Shown here: positions 59,916-64,000 of the stretch, piece by piece | How positions within the stretch are numbered: position 1 is the stretch's first letter | How the letters are laid out: each line of letters starts with the position of its first letter | Origin: an uncultured delta proteobacterium | GTDB lineage: Bacteria; Desulfobacterota; Binatia; UBA9968 | Assembly (NCBI GenBank): GCA_963737905.1 | Contig: CAVTUQ010000028.1 | Span: 32,001 to 96,000 of the forward strand | Direction of reading: 5' to 3' | DNA length: 64,000 nucleotides | Notes under the pieces: model-generated | Databases searched by the model: none | Seen by the model: only the letters and a program-made list of their open reading frames with translations | What the model was told of the DNA's origin: nothing | Program-made: the position numbers and the translations under genes

Positions 59916-60913
59916 ATGAGAACCAGCTCAAGCTCTTTGCTGTTGCCCTTATTGACTTTTTTGGTTCTCGTCGTCTACGTCTGCGCGCGCTGCCACGCCC
60001 CTGACAAAAGTCGTGATGACGACCGGGTCCCTGAGTGAAAGAGAAGGCGCTCTATACGTTGCGCAAGATTATGGTTTCTTCCGTAAGTACGGCCTCGATG
60101 TGAACTTAGTCCAAGTTCGCAACGGTCCTGTAGGCATGTCTGCGCTGAGCTCGGGAGAGTCTTTGGCACATTGGGGATCGGTATCAGCCGCCAACCTGGG
60201 CGCGATCGCAGAAGGGGCGGATCTCGTTTTTGTCGCCGGCTTCATCAACAAACTAACGGGAACTTTCTTCGCCAATCCAAAGATCAAGACACCGGCGGAA
60301 TTGAAAGGCAAAGTTCTCGGCGTCAATAGTTTGAGCGGCGGCGCCTGGATTTTTACGATGCTGACCCTCGACCACTGGGGCCTTGTGCCGGAGCGAGACA
60401 AGATCCAGTTCAGGGCTCTGGGAGACAGTTCGGTTATCTCCCAAGCGCTTTTGGCGGGCAATGTCGATGCAGCCTATTTAGGATACACGTTCGGCAAGTT
60501 GGTGCAGAGCAAGGGATTCCGCATGCTCGCTGATTTAGAGAAGTTGCCTATTCCTTATCAGGGATCCGGCATTATATCGCGCCGCAGCGCTGATCGCTTC
60601 GTCACCCGTGGTTCTGGAAAACGTCTTGCGCGCATTGCTCGATAGCGTTGCTTTCATCCGTAATCCGGAAAATAAGTCTCAAGTGATCAAGAGCTTGACC
60701 AAAGGACTTCGCCTCAAGCGCGCCGAGGATGCCGAGGAGGGCTACCAGGTCATCGTAAACATTTACGAAAAGAAAATCTATCCGAGCGTCGACGGGATTC
60801 GTAATGTCATCCGTCTACTGGGCCCTAGCAACGAAAAAATTCGCCGTCTTAAGGCGGAAGAGCTGGTAGACGACAGTCTTGTAAGGAAATTGGAGAAGGA
60901 GGGTCGATTCTAG
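59916..60913 (+). CDS. ABC substrate-binding protein, NMT1/SsuA family, two apparent frameshifts
   Basis: Signal peptide from ATG 59916 (AGGAG upstream), YGFFRKYGLDV and ELKGKVLG (60013-60645), C-terminus LEKEGRF (60608-60913). Confidence 0.75.
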
Positions 60914-61041
60914 CTTCTTTCTTCAGCACGCGCGTTCGCCCAATCAATCCTCGTCGAACAGCAACCAGCTCTTAAAAACCCAACTCACCGAGGCATGCAC
61001 TACGAGAAACCAACATCCACTAAATAACTGAATCAAATCCC

Positions 61042-61925
61042 ATGGCGTCTCGGAAATCGAATCACAAGAAACGGAAAGTACAGGCGAAGGCGAGATCGGC
61101 CGGTAGACCCATTTGGAAGGGCGCTATCAATTTTGGTTTGGTCAATATTCCCGTCGCCCTCTATACAGCCGAAGCGGATAGTGGCATAGACTTCGACCTG
61201 CTCGATAAGCGGGACTTCTCTCGCGTTCGATACCGTCGAGTCAATGAAAAGACCGGGCGGGAGGTGCCTTGGGACGAAATCGTCAAGGGTTACCAATACA
61301 AAAAGGGAGAGTACGTCGCGCTGACCGATGACGATTTCATCAAAGCCAACGTTGAAGCAACACAATCCATCGACCTGCTTGACTTTGTCGATGCCGCGGA
61401 TATCAGCCCGATATACTTCGACAAGCCCTATTATTTGGCGCCGCTCAAAAACGGGCAGCGCGCCTATGCGCTGCTGCGTGAGGTCATGAAGCGAACCGGC
61501 AAAGTCGGGATTGCCCGGGTGGTCCTTCGAACCCGCCAGCATTTGGCGGCTTTGCTTGTAGACGGACCTTTGTTGATTTTGAACCTGTTGCGTTTTTTCC
61601 ATGAGTTGCGCAACCCTTCGGTGCTCGACGTCCCCGCCGCCGTCCGCACGGGTCCAGTCAAGAACTCAAGATGGCCGAACAATTAGTCGAAACCATGGCC
61701 GGCAAGTGGAATCCAAAAAAATATCGTGACGAATATCACCGGGATCTACTGCAGATGATCAACAAGAAGATCAAATCCGGTGAGACCAAAACCAGTGAGC
61801 GCGCCGAGGCCGTGCCACGGCCTAAACAGCAGGGCAAAATCATCGATATCATGCACTTGTTGCGGCAAAGTGTAGAGCACGGTCACAAGAAAACTGAGCC
61901 TTCGCGTCGCCGTAAAGCGAGCTAA
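61042..61925 (+). CDS. ku: Non-homologous end-joining protein Ku, one apparent frameshift near 61640
   Basis: IWKGAINFGLVNIPV, IVKGY and YFDKPYY, then YRDEY and IIDIMHLLRQS in the second frame. Confidence 0.92.
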
Positions 61926-61936
61926 GGCGTCTCAGT

Positions 61937-63894
61937 TTGGAAAGTGTAAAGCTGGAACCCAAAATTGCCAAGATTCAGACTTATCGGAATATCGCCGGAG
62001 CAAGAAAGTCCAAGCTGCCGACTTTCGTTCGACCTCAACTAGCGACACTGGTAGACTCCGTGCCCCAGGGCGATGAGTGGTTGCACGAAATCAAGTTCGA
62101 TGGTTACCGAATTCTATGCCGGATCGATAATAAGCGGGCAAAATTTTTGACCCGGGAAGCGCAAGATTGGACCGCCCGCTTGGGTGCGCTGGTTGAGGCC
62201 GCTCAAGGGTTGCCGGTACATCAGGCCTTTCTAGACGGCGAGGTCGTCGCGCTGGAATCAAACGGCACCACGAATTTCCAGCTTTTACAAAACTCGCTAA
62301 GGCAAAATAGCACCGCAACCCTTGTCTACTTCGTCTTCGATCTGCTCTATCTTGACGGCTGGGATTTCACTCGCTCTTCATTGCAGGACAGAAAAAAAAT
62401 TCTCGAAACGATTCTCAAGCCGAAGCGAGCGAAGAAAGCTCCGAACAGTCTGCGCCACAGCGAGCATTGGATCGGTCAAGGTGATGAACTATATCAAGAA
62501 AGCTGTCGTAAGGGTCTTGAGGGGATTATCTCGAAAAAAGCGGATCAGCCTTACCGTTCGGGGCGAAGTCGTGACTGGCTCAAGGTCAAATGCTCCAAGA
62601 ACCAGGAGTTTGTCATCGGCGGTTTCACGGAACCTGACCGGATCGCGGTCCGGCTTGGGAGCGCTCCTGGTGGGTGTACATGATGAACACGGTAAGTTGC
62701 GCTACGCGGGCAGGGTCGGAACCGGATTCACCCAAAAAAGCCTCCAGGAACTGCGCTCGCGGCTCAACGCACTGGAGCGGAAATCGCCCCCTTTCATCAA
62801 TCCCCCTGAAGGCGCAGATGCTAGAGGCGTTCACTGGGTAGAACCGAAGCTTGTCGGGCGCGGTTGCTTTCGCTGAGTGGACGACAGATAACTTATTACG
62901 CCATCCCTCCTTCCAGGGATTGCGTGAGGACAAACCGGCGGCGCAAGTCACCCGGGAAAACGTGAGTCAGCAAAAAAAATCATCTGCAACGCGCTCCCAA
63001 GGCAACATGGAGGTCGCCGGCATTAAGCTCACCCACCCCGATCGCGTTCTTTATCCCGGTCAGGGAATCACCAAACTTGAGCTAGCTCGATATTACGAGC
63101 AGGTTGCCGATTGGATGATCCCGCACGTCAAAGACCGGCCTCTGACCCTGGTCCGTTGCCCGGAAGGACATCGAAAGCAATGTTTCTACCAGCGGCACGT
63201 AACGGACTCCATTGGTGATCCCATCCGCAGCATCCGCGTCAAAGAAGGACGGTCCATCGCATCCTACATATCGGTTGATTCGACTCCCGGGCTCATCGCG
63301 TTGGTACAGATGGGAGTTCTGGAAATCCATACTTGGGGGTCGCGCCAAGATCATCTCGAGCAGCCGGATCGCCTTATCTTCGACCTCGACCCTGATCCTG
63401 CGCTGTCTTGGAAGCAAATCAGAGAAGCAGCTGAAACGCTCCGGCGGCAAATGTCAGGCTTGGGATTTACCGCCTTTGTAAAAACCACAGGCGGCAAAGG
63501 ACTGCATGTGGTTGTCCCCATCACTCCCAAGCAGGATTGGGACAGGGTGAAGGCTTTTACAAAACAAGTGGCGGAAGACCTGGTTCGCGAAGCGCCGCAG
63601 CTTTACACAGCCACGATGTCGAAGACCAAACGCAAAGGAAAAATTTTTATCGATTATCTGCGCAATGCCCGCACGGCCACGGCGGTCTCCGCTTATTCCA
63701 CGCGCGCTCGGGCCAGCGCGCCGGTATCGGTTCCCGTGCATTGGGAAGAATTGGCGACAGATGTTCGGGGAGAATTTTTTACGATTCGCAATGTCCCACA
63801 CCGGCTGGCGCGCCTCCGCAGGGACCCATGGGAGGGATATGAAAAAGCGCAACGCCCGATCACGAACGCCGTGTTGAAAAAACTGGCTACATAA
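61937..63894 (+). CDS. ligD: DNA ligase D (ligase plus polymerase domains), two apparent frameshifts
   Basis: EIKFDGYR, EGIISK, WLKVK, YAGRVGTG, LRHPSF, LTHPDR, DRLIFDLD, KTTGGKGLH and FIDYLRN motifs. Confidence 0.92.
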
Positions 63895-63930
63895 AACCTG
63901 TCTCAGGGCATAGAGAATTCCCGATCTATT

Positions 63931-64000
63931 ATGGTTGCTCTGTTGGTTTTCGCCGTGACCCTGCTGGTTGCGGTTTTTTTTTCCGAACTTGCCCGGCGCA
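63931..64000 (+). CDS. 5' fragment of a membrane protein, possibly a cation:proton antiporter
   Basis: MVALLVFAVTLLVAVFFSELARR, a hydrophobic start running off the window. Confidence 0.4.
   Translation, partial: MVALLVFAVTLLVAVFFSELARR

Noticed and set aside
59454-60038. Genuine cupin-membrane fusion of 194 aa
   Set aside because: The tail is the signal peptide of the next gene, which has its own RBS. A lost stop or frameshift is simpler.
1-64000. CRISPR arrays, tRNA or rRNA genes, prophage
   Set aside because: No regularly spaced direct repeats, structural-RNA signatures or phage genes were seen by eye. A covariance-model scan would be needed to exclude small RNAs.

Overview
Bacterial genomic window, probably from a Candidatus Binatia/deltaproteobacteria-like soil bacterium. 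This is an inference from gene content: NMT1/SsuA-type binding proteins, a PhtD-like protein and lineage-typical intergenic repeats. Bases 1-24.6 kb hold a surface-polysaccharide locus of the PEP-CTERM/XrtA-associated type: sugar-nucleotide enzymes, deacetylase, priming glycosyltransferase, split Wzc, Wza, beta-barrel, ExeA-like ATPase, two sigma54 activators and a PAS kinase. An IS110-family (IS1111-type) element interrupts it. The right-hand part of that element contains a readable seekRNA/bridge-RNA-like structure matching its own target, a short intergenic repeat. Bases 24.6-35 kb are mostly housekeeping: an unusually long SecA, MurI, an SPL-like radical SAM protein, GT2, CoxG, a TPR lytic transglycosylase and a PuuD-like protein. 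Bases 35-64 kb are mixed accessory genes, including a sensor kinase, Pal, a HEAT-repeat protein, PhnA-like and SagB-like enzymes, NadA, a probable four-domain kinase/dehydrogenase/SCP2/aldolase fusion, ABC components, cupins and Ku/LigD. Many genes carry single-base frameshifts, most likely long-read consensus errors. No rRNA, tRNA or CRISPR array was seen. All product calls rest on motif recognition by eye; no database was searched.
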